From assembly GCA_963810205.1 (NCBI GenBank), contig CAWEMP010000018.1:169001-233000 (forward strand): a stretch of 64,000 bases of DNA. The letters run 5' to 3'. This DNA comes from an uncultured Acidobacteriota bacterium (GTDB taxonomy: Bacteria > Acidobacteriota > Thermoanaerobaculia > UBA5066 > Gp7-AA6). The stretch's first letter is position 1. Each line of letters begins with the position of its first letter. The notes beneath the pieces were generated by a model. That model made no database searches, had not been told where the DNA came from, and saw only the letters and a program-made list of their open reading frames with translations. Below, piece after piece: positions 19,385 through 30,103 of the stretch. The translations under genes and the position numbers were made by a program.

Positions 19385-19951
19385 CTACGGCGTCGCGACG
19401 GCGTTCTTCGCGCCGGGCGGGGGCGGGTACTCGGCGAGAAGCTCCGAGACGGCGCGGTCGATGTCGCCCCGGAGCGCATCGGGACTCGTGCCGAGCAGCG
19501 CCGACTTGAGTCCGCGCCAGATCAGCTTCTGCTCGGAGTCGCGAATGTTGATCCAGAGGGTGCCCCCCTGGCGGTACTTCGTGCTCGTTTCGTACAGGCC
19601 GCTCCACCAGCTGTACGAGCTGACGCGATCCTGGGACGAGGCTCCTTCCGCCCGCGTCGAGTAGGAGACGTAGATGTCAGGCTTGGCGCCGGCCGCCACG
19701 GGCTGGACGCCTTTCTTCTTGAGGGTCTCGTCGATGGCCCTCCGAATGTTCTCGTCGATGAATCGTCCGTCGACGACCGACCCGCCCCCGGGCGGCTTGA
19801 AGTCCGGATCGTCGTACCACGCATACGTTTTCGGGGGCGTGAAGCGGAACGCAGGATCGAAGGCGTAGTCGTAGGTCGGGGCGCCCGCGCAGGCCGCGAG
19901 CCCGGCGACGAGAACGAGAGCCGCGAGCGTGGAAAGACGGGGGTTCCTCAT
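19385..19951 (-). CDS. DUF4136-like lipoprotein
   Basis: Intact 188-aa ORF with the lipobox LVAGLAAC. The motif GTLWINIRDSEQKLIWRG resembles the DUF4136 signature. Confidence 0.6.
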   Translation of the reverse strand: MRNPRLSTLAALVLVAGLAACAGAPTYDYAFDPAFRFTPPKTYAWYDDPDFKPPGGGSVVDGRFIDENIRRAIDETLKKKGVQPVAAGAKPDIYVSYSTRAEGASSQDRVSSYSWWSGLYETSTKYRQGGTLWINIRDSEQKLIWRGLKSALLGTSPDALRGDIDRAVSELLAEYPPPPGAKNAVATP

Positions 19952-19955
19952 GTGG

Positions 19956-20510
19956 TCACCTCGTGGGTTGCGCTCCGGGCGGCGGCGGGAACTTCGAGAG
20001 CAGCGAGTCGATCTCGCTGCGGATTTCGCGGCCCGCGGCGTCGGGGTTTTCGCCCTCGAGCCGCGTGATCGAGCCGCGCCAGATGAGCTTCTTGTCGGCC
20101 GTGCGGAAGTCGATCGTGATGGCTCGCGACTTCTCGTACATCACGCTCTCGTAGCCGGTCAGCCAGGCGTAGTTGGGGTCCTTGACCTCGTCGGACACGC
20201 TCGTGTCGCCGGTGAGAAAGGCGACGAGCAGCGACGCCTTCGCGGGATCCACCTTCTGGTAGCCCTTGCTCGCGAGGCTCGCGTCGACCGCGGCGTGGAC
20301 GTGTTGCGAGATGAACTCACCGTCGATGATCGAGTCGCCGTGGGGCGGCGGGTATCCCGGGCCGACCCACCAGGAGTAAGTCTTCGCCGCCGCGAAGTCG
20401 GCGGTCTTGTCCCACGCGAACTGGGGCGCGGGATGAGTGCCGCGGCAACCGGCGATGCCGATCGCGCCGGAGACCAGCAGAAACGACAGGCGCCGCAGGG
20501 TCCGAGTCAT
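19956..20510 (-). CDS. DUF4136-like lipoprotein (tandem paralog)
   Basis: Intact 184-aa ORF with the lipobox AIGIAGC. It has [16 protein letters not shown] and the same C-terminal ..FPPPPGA tail as its neighbour. Confidence 0.6.
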   Translation of the reverse strand: MTRTLRRLSFLLVSGAIGIAGCRGTHPAPQFAWDKTADFAAAKTYSWWVGPGYPPPHGDSIIDGEFISQHVHAAVDASLASKGYQKVDPAKASLLVAFLTGDTSVSDEVKDPNYAWLTGYESVMYEKSRAITIDFRTADKKLIWRGSITRLEGENPDAAGREIRSEIDSLLSKFPPPPGAQPTR

Positions 20511-20572
20511 GTTCGCTCCTCCAAGAGTTCGGCGACATTACACCATGCGCGGGATCGCATACGCTTGCCCCC

Positions 20573-21913
20573 GTGGGCGCCGACAAGCGGGCGCCGGGGC
20601 CCCCGCGGCGTTATCCCGGCAGTCATCTTTTCGCGCTCCGCCGCGATCCGCTCGCGTTCCTGACCCGGATCGCCCGCGAACACGGCGACATCAGCCGGTT
20701 CCGTCTCGGGCCGATCGACGTGCACCTCGTGAGCCGCCCCGACTGGATCCGAGATGTCCTCGTAACGGATGCCCATCTCTTTCACAAGGGCCGGGGTCTC
20801 GAACGTGCCAAGCGGCTGCTCGGCGAAGGCCTCCTCACGAGCGAGGACCCGCTCCACTTGCGGCAGCGGCGGATGATGCAGCCGGCCTTCCATCGCGACC
20901 GCATCGCGCGTTACGCGGACGTCATGACGGCGCACGCCGAACGGATGAGCGCGCGCTGGCGCGACGGGGAAACGCGCGATCTCGCGCAGGAGATGTCGCG
21001 CCTGACGCTCGCGATCGTGGGCAGGACGCTCTTCGACTCCGACGTCGAGTCGGAGGCCGGGGAGATCGGCGCAGCGTTGACGACGACGATCGAGCTCTTC
21101 GGCCGGACGTTCTCGCTGCCGTTCTTCGAGATCCTCGACCGGCTGCCTCTGCCGTCGAACCGCCGCTTCGCGAAAGCGCACGCCCGCATCGACGCCACGA
21201 TCGCCCGCCTGGTCACCGACCGGCGCCGCTCTCCCGGCGGCCGCACGGACCTTCTGACGCTTCTCGTCCAGGCGAGCGACACCGAGGGCGACGGCGGGGG
21301 AATGACCGACGAGCAGGTGCGCGACGAAGCCGTCACGATCTTCCTGGCCGGGCACGAGACGACCGCCAACGCCATGACCTGGACCTGGTACCTGCTCTCG
21401 CAGAACCCCGAGGTCGAGGCGCGACTGCACGCCGAAGTCGACGCGCTCGACGGGCCTCCCGGATTCGAGGACCTCCGGAGGCTCGTCTACACCGAGATGG
21501 TCTTCGCCGAGTCGATGCGTCTCTTTCCTCCGGCCTGGATCATCGGCCGTCGGGCGATGGTCGATTACGCGATCGGCGGCTACACCGTCCCGCGCTCCTC
21601 CATCGTCGTTTGTAGCCAATGGGTGACGCACCGGGACCCACGCTTCTTTCCGGACCCGGAGCGGTTCGATCCGGAACGCTTCCGCCCGGAAGCGAGGGAG
21701 GCCCGGCCGAAGTTCTCCTACTTCCCTTTCGGCGGCGGCCCGCGCGTCTGCATCGGCGAGGGGTTCGCATGGATGGAGGGGGTGCTTCTCCTCGCGGCGC
21801 TCGCCCGCCGGTGGCGCCTGCGTCTGGCGCCAGGCCACCCCGTCGTCCCCGCGCCGTCGATCACGCTGCGCCCCCGCCACGGGATGCGGATGTCGATCGA
21901 ATCACGCCGTTAG
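20573..21913 (+). CDS. cytochrome P450
   Basis: Intact 446-aa ORF with the I-helix FLAGHETT, the ExxR motif (AESMRL) and the heme-thiolate loop [16 protein letters not shown]. Confidence 0.92.
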   Translation: MGADKRAPGPPRRYPGSHLFALRRDPLAFLTRIAREHGDISRFRLGPIDVHLVSRPDWIRDVLVTDAHLFHKGRGLERAKRLLGEGLLTSEDPLHLRQRRMMQPAFHRDRIARYADVMTAHAERMSARWRDGETRDLAQEMSRLTLAIVGRTLFDSDVESEAGEIGAALTTTIELFGRTFSLPFFEILDRLPLPSNRRFAKAHARIDATIARLVTDRRRSPGGRTDLLTLLVQASDTEGDGGGMTDEQVRDEAVTIFLAGHETTANAMTWTWYLLSQNPEVEARLHAEVDALDGPPGFEDLRRLVYTEMVFAESMRLFPPAWIIGRRAMVDYAIGGYTVPRSSIVVCSQWVTHRDPRFFPDPERFDPERFRPEAREARPKFSYFPFGGGPRVCIGEGFAWMEGVLLLAALARRWRLRLAPGHPVVPAPSITLRPRHGMRMSIESRR

Positions 21914-21947
21914 ACGGGCTGCGACCCCTGTTGTAGGCTTCGGCCAC

Positions 21948-24596
21948 TTGAGTCTTTCGGCCGGGACACGCCTCGGGCCCTACGAGATCGCTGCGCCGAT
22001 CGGCGCCGGCGGCATGGGCGAGGTCTACCGGGCGAAGGACACGCGTCTGGACCGTCAGGTCGCGGTGAAGGTGCTGTCCTCGCACCTCTCGGCGAGCGAG
22101 GAGGTCCGGCAGCGGTTCGAGCGCGAAGCCAAGACGATCTCGCAGTTCTCGCACCCGCATATCTGCTCGCTCTACGACGTCGGGCGGGAGGGCGAGACCG
22201 ACTACCTCGTGATGGAGCTCCTCGAGGGCGAGAGCCTCGCGGACCGGTTGGGCAAGGGCGCGCTTCCCACGGAGCAGGTCCTGCGCTTCGGGATCCAGAT
22301 CGCGGACGCGCTCGACAAGGCGCACCGGCAGGGGATCGTGCACCGGGACCTCAAGCCCGGCAACGTCATGCTCACGAAGACGGGCGTGAAGCTGCTCGAC
22401 TTCGGCCTCGCCAAGCCCTTGACCGCAGCCGGCGCTCGGCCCGTCTCCGGTGCCTCGGTCCTCGCGACGGAAGCGCAGGTCAGCCAGCCGCTGACGGAGC
22501 GGGGAACCGTGCTCGGCACGTTCCAGTACATGGCGCCCGAGCAGCTCGAGGGCGGAGAGGCGGACGGCCGCTCCGACATCTTCGCGTTCGGCGCCGTGCT
22601 CTACGAGATGGCGACGGGCAAGAAGGCCTTCACAGGCAAGAGCCAGGCGTCCTTGATCGGCTCGATCCTGCGGGACGATCCGCCCTCGATCACCGAAGCG
22701 GCGCCGATGATCCCGCCGGCCCTGAATCGCGTCGTCAAGACCTGTCTCGCCAAGGACCCCGAGGACCGCTTCCAGACCGCGCACGACGCCAAGCTCCAGC
22801 TCGAGTGGATCGCCGAGGGCGGCTCGCAGGTTGGCCTGCCGGCACCCGTCGCCGCGCGGCGCAAGAGCCGCGAGAAGCTCGCCTGGGCGATCGCGGCCGT
22901 CGCCATCGTCGCAGCGGCCCTCGCCGCCTACGGTTACCTGCGCCGCGCGCCAAAGCCGCTCCGGCTGACGCGCTTCGAGATCTCGACTCCGGAAGAGATC
23001 GTGGCGCTGGACGCGCCGCGCGTCTCGCCGGACGGGCGCTACGTGGCGTTCAACGCGACGGATTCCTCCGGAAAGACGCGGATCTGGCTGCGTGCTCTGA
23101 ATGCCCTTGCGCCGCAGCCGCTCCCCGGCACCGAGGGGACGACCCGGCCCTTCTGGTCCCCGGATTCCCGGTTTCTCGGCTTCTTCGCCGAAGGCAAGCT
23201 GAAGAAGATCGACGTGACCGGAGGGCCGCCGCAAAACATCTGCGACGCGCCGACCGGCTCCGACGGTTCGTGGAGCCCGGAGGGCGTGATCCTCTACGAC
23301 GGCCGCGGGACGGATCCGATCAACCGCGTTTCGGCCGCGGGAGGCGTTCCCGTCGCGGTGGTCAAGCCCGATCCGGCGAAAAAGATCAGCCAGGTCGGCT
23401 GGCCGGAGTTCCTGCCCGACGGCAAGCACTACTTCTTCATGGTGATCGCGACCCGGGCCGAGGACAGCGCCTACCGCATCGGATCCCTCGATTCGAACGA
23501 GTCGAAGCCGTTCGCTCCCGCCCAGACCCTGCTCACGTACGCTCCCCCCGGCTATCTCCTCTTCGTCCGGGATCGGACGCTCGTCGCCCAGCCCTTCGAC
23601 GCAAAGGCCCAGAAGACGACGGGCGAGCCCGTGCCGCTGGCCGAGAAGATCGGTGTCGACAGCGTCGGGCTCGCTCGCTTCTCGGTCTCGCGCGAGGGCA
23701 CGCTCGCCTATCGGACCGGGGAGTCCGGGACCCGCCTGCTCTGGGTGGACCGCAACGGCAAGGAGCTCGAGGCGGCGGGCGAAGCGGGCGACTCGCGAGA
23801 GCCGGCGCTGTCGCCGCGGGGCGACCGCCTCGCTTTCGACCTGACCGACGCCCGGGCCAACAACGCCGACGTCTGGGTGCGCGATCTCGCGCGCGGCGTG
23901 AACTCGCGGCTGACGTTCGGCCCGGTCGACGAGTTCGCCCCGACCTGGTCGCCCGACGGAAGCCGGATCGCCTACGCCGTGGACAGCAAGGGAATCTTCG
24001 AGAAGGCCGGCGACGGAACCGGCGAAGAGAAGGAGCTGCTGAAGGCGGAGGAGCTGATGTTCCCGACCGACTGGTCCCGGGACGGCCGGTACATCGCTTT
24101 CACGCGGCAGGGCAAAGACACGGGCCTGGACATCTGGGTGATGCCGACCTCCGGCGACGGGAAGCCGGTACCGATTCTCAAGACGCCCTTCAACGAAAAC
24201 GGCACCATCTTCTCTCCCGACGGCCGGTTCATCGTGTACGTGTCGACCGAATCCGGCCGCAACGAGATCTACGCGCGCAGCTTCCCCGGCCAGGGCGGCA
24301 AGTGGCAGGTCTCGGCCGGCGGAGGCACGGACCCGCATTTCAGCGCCGACGGCCGGGAGATCTTCTACCGCGCGCCGGACCAGAAGGTCATGGCCGTGGA
24401 CGTGAAGGCGGGCGCAGGGTTCGAGACCGGCGTTCCCAAGGCGCTGTTCCTCGGACGATTCCAGCCGGCGACGGCCCGCAACCGGTTCGTGCCCGCGCTC
24501 GATGGCCAGCGTTTCCTGATCGTCGCCCCGTTGGGGCGCGACGCCATGGCGCCGACGACGGTGGTCCTCAACTGGTTCGCCGGACTCGGGAAGTGA
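21948..24596 (+). CDS. Ser/Thr protein kinase with PD40/TolB-like beta-propeller ectodomain (K5, subfamily I)
   Basis: TTG start and an intact 882 aa. It has the full kinase motif set, the TM segment LAWAIAAVAIVAAALAAYGYL, PD40 repeats and the C-terminus NWFAGLGK. It is closely related along its whole length to K6. Confidence 0.92.
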   Translation: MSLSAGTRLGPYEIAAPIGAGGMGEVYRAKDTRLDRQVAVKVLSSHLSASEEVRQRFEREAKTISQFSHPHICSLYDVGREGETDYLVMELLEGESLADRLGKGALPTEQVLRFGIQIADALDKAHRQGIVHRDLKPGNVMLTKTGVKLLDFGLAKPLTAAGARPVSGASVLATEAQVSQPLTERGTVLGTFQYMAPEQLEGGEADGRSDIFAFGAVLYEMATGKKAFTGKSQASLIGSILRDDPPSITEAAPMIPPALNRVVKTCLAKDPEDRFQTAHDAKLQLEWIAEGGSQVGLPAPVAARRKSREKLAWAIAAVAIVAAALAAYGYLRRAPKPLRLTRFEISTPEEIVALDAPRVSPDGRYVAFNATDSSGKTRIWLRALNALAPQPLPGTEGTTRPFWSPDSRFLGFFAEGKLKKIDVTGGPPQNICDAPTGSDGSWSPEGVILYDGRGTDPINRVSAAGGVPVAVVKPDPAKKISQVGWPEFLPDGKHYFFMVIATRAEDSAYRIGSLDSNESKPFAPAQTLLTYAPPGYLLFVRDRTLVAQPFDAKAQKTTGEPVPLAEKIGVDSVGLARFSVSREGTLAYRTGESGTRLLWVDRNGKELEAAGEAGDSREPALSPRGDRLAFDLTDARANNADVWVRDLARGVNSRLTFGPVDEFAPTWSPDGSRIAYAVDSKGIFEKAGDGTGEEKELLKAEELMFPTDWSRDGRYIAFTRQGKDTGLDIWVMPTSGDGKPVPILKTPFNENGTIFSPDGRFIVYVSTESGRNEIYARSFPGQGGKWQVSAGGGTDPHFSADGREIFYRAPDQKVMAVDVKAGAGFETGVPKALFLGRFQPATARNRFVPALDGQRFLIVAPLGRDAMAPTTVVLNWFAGLGK

Positions 24597-24759
24597 GCCG
24601 TCGCTCGCGCTTACTCGGGGCCTGCGCCCTTCGGGCGCTCCGGCCTGCGGCTCGCGCGGATGCGCGCTCGACCGCAAGCCTGGCCCCTCGCGGCGCGCTC
24701 GCTCCCGCGGCGCGAACCTCCTCCCTCCCTTCGGTCGGGAGACAATCCGCGCCGCGAAC
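24597..24759 (+). repeat. kinase-leader structured repeat, copy R3
   Basis: It begins immediately after the K5 TGA. P1 is GGGGCC/GGCCCC, hairpin 1 is GCGCCC-TTC-GGGCGC and hairpin 2 is GGCCTGCGG/CCGCAAGCC (one C-A mismatch). The 3' domain has one change (TCCGCGCCGCG). It lies 31 nt upstream of the K6 ATG. Confidence 0.85.
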
Positions 24760-24790
24760 GCAACGGAGAGCGCTGTTGAAAGGTCTTGAA

Positions 24791-27448
24791 ATGAGTCTGG
24801 CTGCAGGAACGAAGCTCGGTCCGTACGAGGTGCTCGCGCCGATCGGGGCGGGAGGGATGGGCGAGGTCTACAAGGCGAAGGACACGCGGCTCGGACGCGA
24901 CGTCGCGGTCAAGGTGCTGCCGGCGCACATGTCCTCGTCGGCGGAGCTGCGGCAGAGGCTGGAGCGTGAGGCGAAGACGATCTCGTCGCTGTCGCACCCG
25001 CACATCTGCATGCTCCACGACGTCGGTCACCAGAACGGGACCGACTACCTGGTGATGGAGTTCCTGGAAGGGGAGACGCTGGCGGACCGTCTCTCGAAGG
25101 GCGCGCTGCCGATGGAGCAGGCGCTCAAGATCGGCGTCGAGATCGCCGGCGCTCTCGACGCGGCGCACAAGAGCGGCATCGTTCACCGGGACCTGAAGCC
25201 CGGCAACGTGATGCTGACGAAATCGGGCGTGAAGTTGCTCGACTTCGGCCTCGCGAAGCTCGCCGTTCCGGAGAAGAGTGCGGTCTCGCAGGCGACGAGC
25301 CTTCCGACGGCCCTGCAGGAGAGCCAGCCGCTGACGACGCGGGGTACGATCCTCGGAACCTTCCAATATATGGCGCCCGAGCAGCTCGAGGGCGGCGAGG
25401 CCGACGCGCGGAGCGACATCTTCGCCTTCGGCTGCGTGCTCTACGAGATGCTCACTGGGCAGAAGGCCTTCTCGGGCAAGAGCCAGGCGAGCCTGATTTC
25501 CTCGATCATGGGCTCCGACCCGCCGCCGATCTCGTCGATCCAGCCGATGATCCCGGCCTCGCTGGACCGGATCGTCAAGGGCTGCATCGCGAAGGAGCCC
25601 GATCATCGCTGGTCGACGGCCCACGACGTGATGCTGCAGCTCCAGTGGATCGCGGAGGGCGGTTCGATGGCGGGCGTGCCGGCTCCCGTCGTCGCTCGCC
25701 GAAAGAACCGCGAGAAACTCTCGTGGGCCGTCGCGGCCTTGGCCCTCCTCGCCGCCGCCGCCTTCGCGTACGGGTTCGTCCGCCGCGCGCCGAAGCCTCC
25801 CGAGCTCATGCGGTTCGAGATCGCGACGCCGCCGGAGGTCACGACGATCGACGTCCCGCGGATCTCTCCCAACGGAAAGATCCTGGCGTTCGACGCGACC
25901 GACACGGAGGGCAGGGCCCGGATCTGGGTGCGGCCGCTGAACGCGCTCGTCGCGCAGCCCCTTCCGGGCACCGAGGGCGGGGTCCGTCCGTTCTGGTCGC
26001 CGGACAGCCGGTTCGTGGGATTTGTGGCCGACGGCGTTTTGAAGAAGATCGACGTCACGGGAGGGCCTCCGACCAAGATCTGCGACGCGCCCGGAGCATC
26101 GGACGGGAGCTGGAGCCCGGAAGGCGTGATCCTCTTTGACGGCACGGGCGCCGATCCGATCTATCGAGTCGCGGCGGCGGGGGGGACGAAGGTGGCCGCC
26201 GTCAAGCTCGACGCGGCGAAGAAGGAAACGTCGGTTGGATGGCCCGAGTTCCTTCCCGACGGCAAGCACTTCCTCTACCTTCTCGGCGGCGAGAAGGCCG
26301 AGGACAGCGCCTACTGGATCGCCTCGATCGACTCGAACGAGAAGAGGATGCTGGCCCCGGCGCAGACGCTCGTGACCTACTCGCCTCCGGGCTATCTGCT
26401 CTTCGTCCGCGACAAGACCCTCGTCGCGCAGCCCTTCGACGCGAAGGCCCTGAAGACGACGGGCGAGCCGATACCTCTGGCCGAGCAGATCGGGACGGAC
26501 AACGTGGGACTGGCGCGCTTCTCGGTTTCGCGCAACGGGATCCTCGCCTATCGGACGGGAGAGTCCGGAGGCCGGCTGGTCTGGCGGGACCGCGCTGGGC
26601 GGGAGCTCGAGACCCTGGGAGACCCCGGAAACTACGGAAACCCGATTCTTTCTCCATCCGGCGATCGGCTCGCCTACAACCTTGCCGACGCTCGAACCGG
26701 CAAGGCCGACATCTGGATCCGGGACCTGGCGCGCGGCGTCAACTCGCGCTTCAGCCTCGGCCCCGGCAATAACTTCCGCCCGCTGTGGTCCCCCGACGGC
26801 GGCGGGATCGTGTTCACGTCGGACCGCGAGGGGACCCTCGATCTCTATCAGAAGTCCACGCAGGGCCAGGGCGGGGAAAAGCTGGTCCTCCACTCGGACG
26901 AAGCGAAGTTCGCCTCCAGCTGGAGCCGCGACGGACGCTACATCGCCTACAGCAGCCAGAACCCGAAGTCGAACTGGGACATGTGGGCACTGCCGACCTT
27001 CGGGGACAAGAAACCCATTCCCATCCTCGTCGCCCCGTTCGTCGAGAGCCAGCCCGTGTTTTCGCCCGACGGACGGTTCGTCGCGTACGTGTCGGCGGAG
27101 TCCGGCCGCGCGGAGATCTACGTTCAGACCTTCCCCGACGGCGCGGGGAAGTGGCAGGTCTCCAATTCCGGCGGCGGCGACCCGAGCTGGCGGGGCGACG
27201 GGAAGGAGCTCTTCTACCGGACTCCCGACCAGAAACTCATGGCGGTCGAGATCCGGACCGCCGGGGGCGACGTCCAGGCGGGCATCCCGCAGGCCCTATT
27301 TCCCGTCCGCATCCGGCCGGGCAACGCCCGCAACAAGTACATTCCCTCCGCGGACGGCCAGAAGTTCCTCTTCGACGCGCCGCTCGGCCGCGAGTCGATG
27401 AGCCCGACGACCGTCGTCGTGAACTGGTTCGCGGGCCTCGGGAAGTAG
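24791..27448 (+). CDS. Ser/Thr protein kinase with PD40/TolB-like beta-propeller ectodomain (K6, subfamily I)
   Basis: ATG 24791 ([31 protein letters not shown]) and intact to 27448. The TM segment is LSWAVAALALLAAAAFAYGFV, followed by PD40 repeats and the C-terminus NWFAGLGK. Confidence 0.92.
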   Translation: MSLAAGTKLGPYEVLAPIGAGGMGEVYKAKDTRLGRDVAVKVLPAHMSSSAELRQRLEREAKTISSLSHPHICMLHDVGHQNGTDYLVMEFLEGETLADRLSKGALPMEQALKIGVEIAGALDAAHKSGIVHRDLKPGNVMLTKSGVKLLDFGLAKLAVPEKSAVSQATSLPTALQESQPLTTRGTILGTFQYMAPEQLEGGEADARSDIFAFGCVLYEMLTGQKAFSGKSQASLISSIMGSDPPPISSIQPMIPASLDRIVKGCIAKEPDHRWSTAHDVMLQLQWIAEGGSMAGVPAPVVARRKNREKLSWAVAALALLAAAAFAYGFVRRAPKPPELMRFEIATPPEVTTIDVPRISPNGKILAFDATDTEGRARIWVRPLNALVAQPLPGTEGGVRPFWSPDSRFVGFVADGVLKKIDVTGGPPTKICDAPGASDGSWSPEGVILFDGTGADPIYRVAAAGGTKVAAVKLDAAKKETSVGWPEFLPDGKHFLYLLGGEKAEDSAYWIASIDSNEKRMLAPAQTLVTYSPPGYLLFVRDKTLVAQPFDAKALKTTGEPIPLAEQIGTDNVGLARFSVSRNGILAYRTGESGGRLVWRDRAGRELETLGDPGNYGNPILSPSGDRLAYNLADARTGKADIWIRDLARGVNSRFSLGPGNNFRPLWSPDGGGIVFTSDREGTLDLYQKSTQGQGGEKLVLHSDEAKFASSWSRDGRYIAYSSQNPKSNWDMWALPTFGDKKPIPILVAPFVESQPVFSPDGRFVAYVSAESGRAEIYVQTFPDGAGKWQVSNSGGGDPSWRGDGKELFYRTPDQKLMAVEIRTAGGDVQAGIPQALFPVRIRPGNARNKYIPSADGQKFLFDAPLGRESMSPTTVVVNWFAGLGK

Positions 27449-27452
27449 GCCC

Positions 27453-29781
27453 GTGATCGCAACCGCGGAGCGCCGCTGGGGCCTCGCGGCCGTGACGGCG
27501 GCGCTCGGATGCCTCGCGCTCCTGGCCGTGCGTTCGTCCGCGGCTCCCGAACCGCGGGTGGGCGCGCTCCTGGTGGTCGCGGCCGCCCTGGAGCTGTTCC
27601 ACGGCTTCCGGCGCTCGAGCGAGGCGGGGCAGCGCGAGGCCTGGACGGGCGGCCTGATCACGCTCCTCATGGGACTCCTGCTCCTGAATGCTCCGGACCT
27701 GGCCGCGGGGGCGCTGGTCGTCTTCTTCGGCGGCGGGTTCGCGCTCGACGGGATTCGGCACGCGAAACACGCGCTCGGAGCGCGAAAGGCCGGCCGCCCG
27801 TTCGCCGCGCATGCCTGGGCGGCCCTCGGCAACTTCGCACTCGCGGCGCTGCTCGCCGTGCTCGGCGGATGGGCGCCGGAGTGGATGGTTCCGATCGCCG
27901 GCGCGCTTCGCATCTTCGGGACGGCCTGGGGCATCGCGATGGCTCCGGTCTTCGATGCGGCCGACACCGGAGAGACGGTGGTTCGCGACCTCGGCCTCGA
28001 GGATCGGCCCGAAATCGCCGCGCTCGCGGAGCGGCTCGAGGCCGAGGAGGTCCACCGCGCGCCGATCGACCGGCACTGGATCTTCGTGCTGATCCTCACG
28101 CTCTTCGCGATCCACCTCGGACGGATGGGATTCGACCGCACGGCCCTCGGCGTCCTGGCGCCGAGTGTCGCCGTGATCGGCGATCTGTTCGTCGGGCTCG
28201 TCGTGGGATTCCTCATCGTGTTGCCGGGGCGCCTGGCCTTGCTCAGGCTGACCGGCCCGCTCGCTCGCCGAGCCGGCGACTGGCGCGCGGCGGCGAAGCC
28301 CTCCTGGCGGACGCGTCTGGTCGATCGCTGGCTGACCAGGCGGCTTCGCGCCAACATTCGAATGCGCGACGCGCGCTACTCGTTCGCCGCCGCGGCCTCG
28401 CGCAGTCTGCGGGTCGGCCTGCCGGTCGCGGCGGTCTTCGCGGCCACGATCCCGGTCTGGGGCATGAGCTGGTATTTCGACACGGAGAACTGGGCGTCCG
28501 GCGTCTGGGACTCGTGGGCCGAAGAGCGCACCGATGTCTGGCGCGCGGCGATGACCTCCGCGACGGCCGAAGGCGAGCGCGCCGCCGGGCGGCCGGCGAA
28601 CTTCGCCGTGACGCCGGCCGGGCACCGAGAACGACTTCGCGTTCGTGGTCGTCGGCGACACCGGAGAGGGCGACGCCTCGCAGCACGTGCTCCGCCGCTC
28701 GCTGCTCCGCGCGGCCGCCCAGCCCGAGGTGAAGTTCGTCATCGTCTCTTCCGACGTCGTCTACCCCTCAGGCGAGATGAAGGACTACGAGCGCAAGTTC
28801 TGGCTGCCCTTCATGGGGGTCGAGAAACCGGTCTACGCGATCCCGGGCAACCACGACTGGTACGACGCGCTCGAGGGCTTTGCCGCGACCTTCTTCACGC
28901 CCGAGGCCGCGCGGCGGGCGCTGCGGGCGCGCGCCGAGGCCGATCACCAGCTGACGACGACCACCGACGCCGAGGTCGACAGGCTCGTCGCCGAGGCGGC
29001 GCGGCTGCGCGCGGAGTACGGCGTGCCGACCGGACTCCAGCAGGCGCCCTATTTCCAGATCCAGACTCCGGACTTCGCCCTGATCGCGGTCGACACTCGG
29101 CGTTCGCCGGGCGGTCGACGCGGCGCAGCTCGCGTGGCTCGAATCGGCGCTCGACGCGTCGCGCGGCAAGTTCACGATGGCGCTCCTCGGTCATCCGTTC
29201 TACGCCGTCGGCGCGTACCAGGGCGCCGCCAACGGAGGATTTCGCGGCGCTCCACCGCCTGCTGCGCGAGCGCGGCGTGCCTCTGGTCATGGCCGGCGAC
29301 ACGCACGATCTCGAGTACTACCGGGAGCCGGGCGCTCGCGGGTCGCGCGCCGATGCACCACGTGGTGAACGGCGGAGGCGGCGCCTATCTGAGCCTCGGC
29401 ACGGCGCTCGCGAAGCCCGAGAGCATGCCGACGCCGGCCTGGGCGTTCTATCCCTCGACCGCGCCGATCGTCGAAAAGGTCGAGGCCAACAATCCGAGCT
29501 GGAAGCGCCCGGTCTGGTTCTGGGCGAGCCGGCTCGGCGGATGGCCGTGGTCGTCCGAGTGGCTCTCGGCCGCGTTCGACTACAACGTCGCGCCGTTCTT
29601 CCAGAGCTTCGTCGAGGTCCGTGTCGAGCCCTCGGCCGGCCGCGTCCGACTCCTGCCGTGGGGCGTTCACGGGCGCCTGCGCTGGTCCGACCTCCAGACT
29701 TCCGACGGGTTGCGTCCCGAGGGGGTCGCGGCGGAGGCGCCGGTCGAGTGGTCCCTGCCGCTCGGAGCGCCGGCGAGCTGA
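27453..29781 (+). pseudogene. multi-pass membrane domain fused to calcineurin-like metallophosphoesterase, about four frameshifts
   Basis: GTG 27453 opens about 390 aa of hydrophobic helices. FAFVVVGDTGEGD, SSDVVYPSG, IPGNHDWY, LLGHPFY and MAGDTHDLEYY follow in metallophosphoesterase motif order. They are split over three frames (ORFs 27453.., 28645..29781, 29177..29368). Frame changes lie near 28630, 29100, 29245 and 29340. Confidence 0.65.
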
Positions 29782-29825
29782 GGGCGCCGCTTCACGCGTC
29801 GCTATACACTCCGACCTGAACTCCG

Positions 29826-29904
29826 ATGACGCTCGCCGCCGGCTCGAGGCTCGGTCCCTACGAGATCCTCGCGCCGATCGGAGCGGGCGGGATGGGGGAG
29901 GTTT
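29826..29904 (+). pseudogene. orphan 5' stub of a kinase gene ([26 protein letters not shown]..)
   Basis: ATG 29826 is followed by 26 kinase-like codons that end exactly at the ACCGTCGCT start of repeat R4. The frame then runs into the repeat and terminates there. Confidence 0.65.
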
Positions 29905-30064
29905 ACCGTCGCTCTCGCTCGCTCGCGGACCTGGCCCTTCGGCACCGGCGTTCGGCTCGTCCGGATGCGGACTCGCCGTCCGCCTGATCCGCTCGCGTCG
30001 CTCCCGCTCCCGCGGCGCGAACCTCCTCCCTCCCTCCGGTCGGGAGACTATTCGCGCCGCGGAC
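29905..30064 (+). repeat. kinase-leader structured repeat, copy R4 (most diverged)
   Basis: P1 GGACC/GATCC (one mismatch), hairpin 1 GCC-CTTC-GGC, and hairpin 2 GGCGTTCGG/CCGTCCGCC (two mismatches) with inner GTCCG-GATG-CGGAC. The 3' domain has a loop variant (TCCGGTC) and ends GGAC. It lies 39 nt upstream of the K7 GTG. Confidence 0.8.
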
Positions 30065-30103
30065 GTCAGGGAGGGTGCCGCTGAGGGCAGGGGAGAAGGC
30101 GCC

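Noticed and set aside
24597-24759. The repeats as integron attC sites or gene-cassette boundaries. They show same-orientation genes, structure-conserved palindromes and sharp boundaries.
   Set aside because: I could find no R''/R' core sites (RYYYAAC / GTTRRRY) at the ends. No integrase is in the window. The 'cassettes' would be 2.7-kb kinase genes with their own starts. The 3' domain is sequence-invariant, unlike attC sites.
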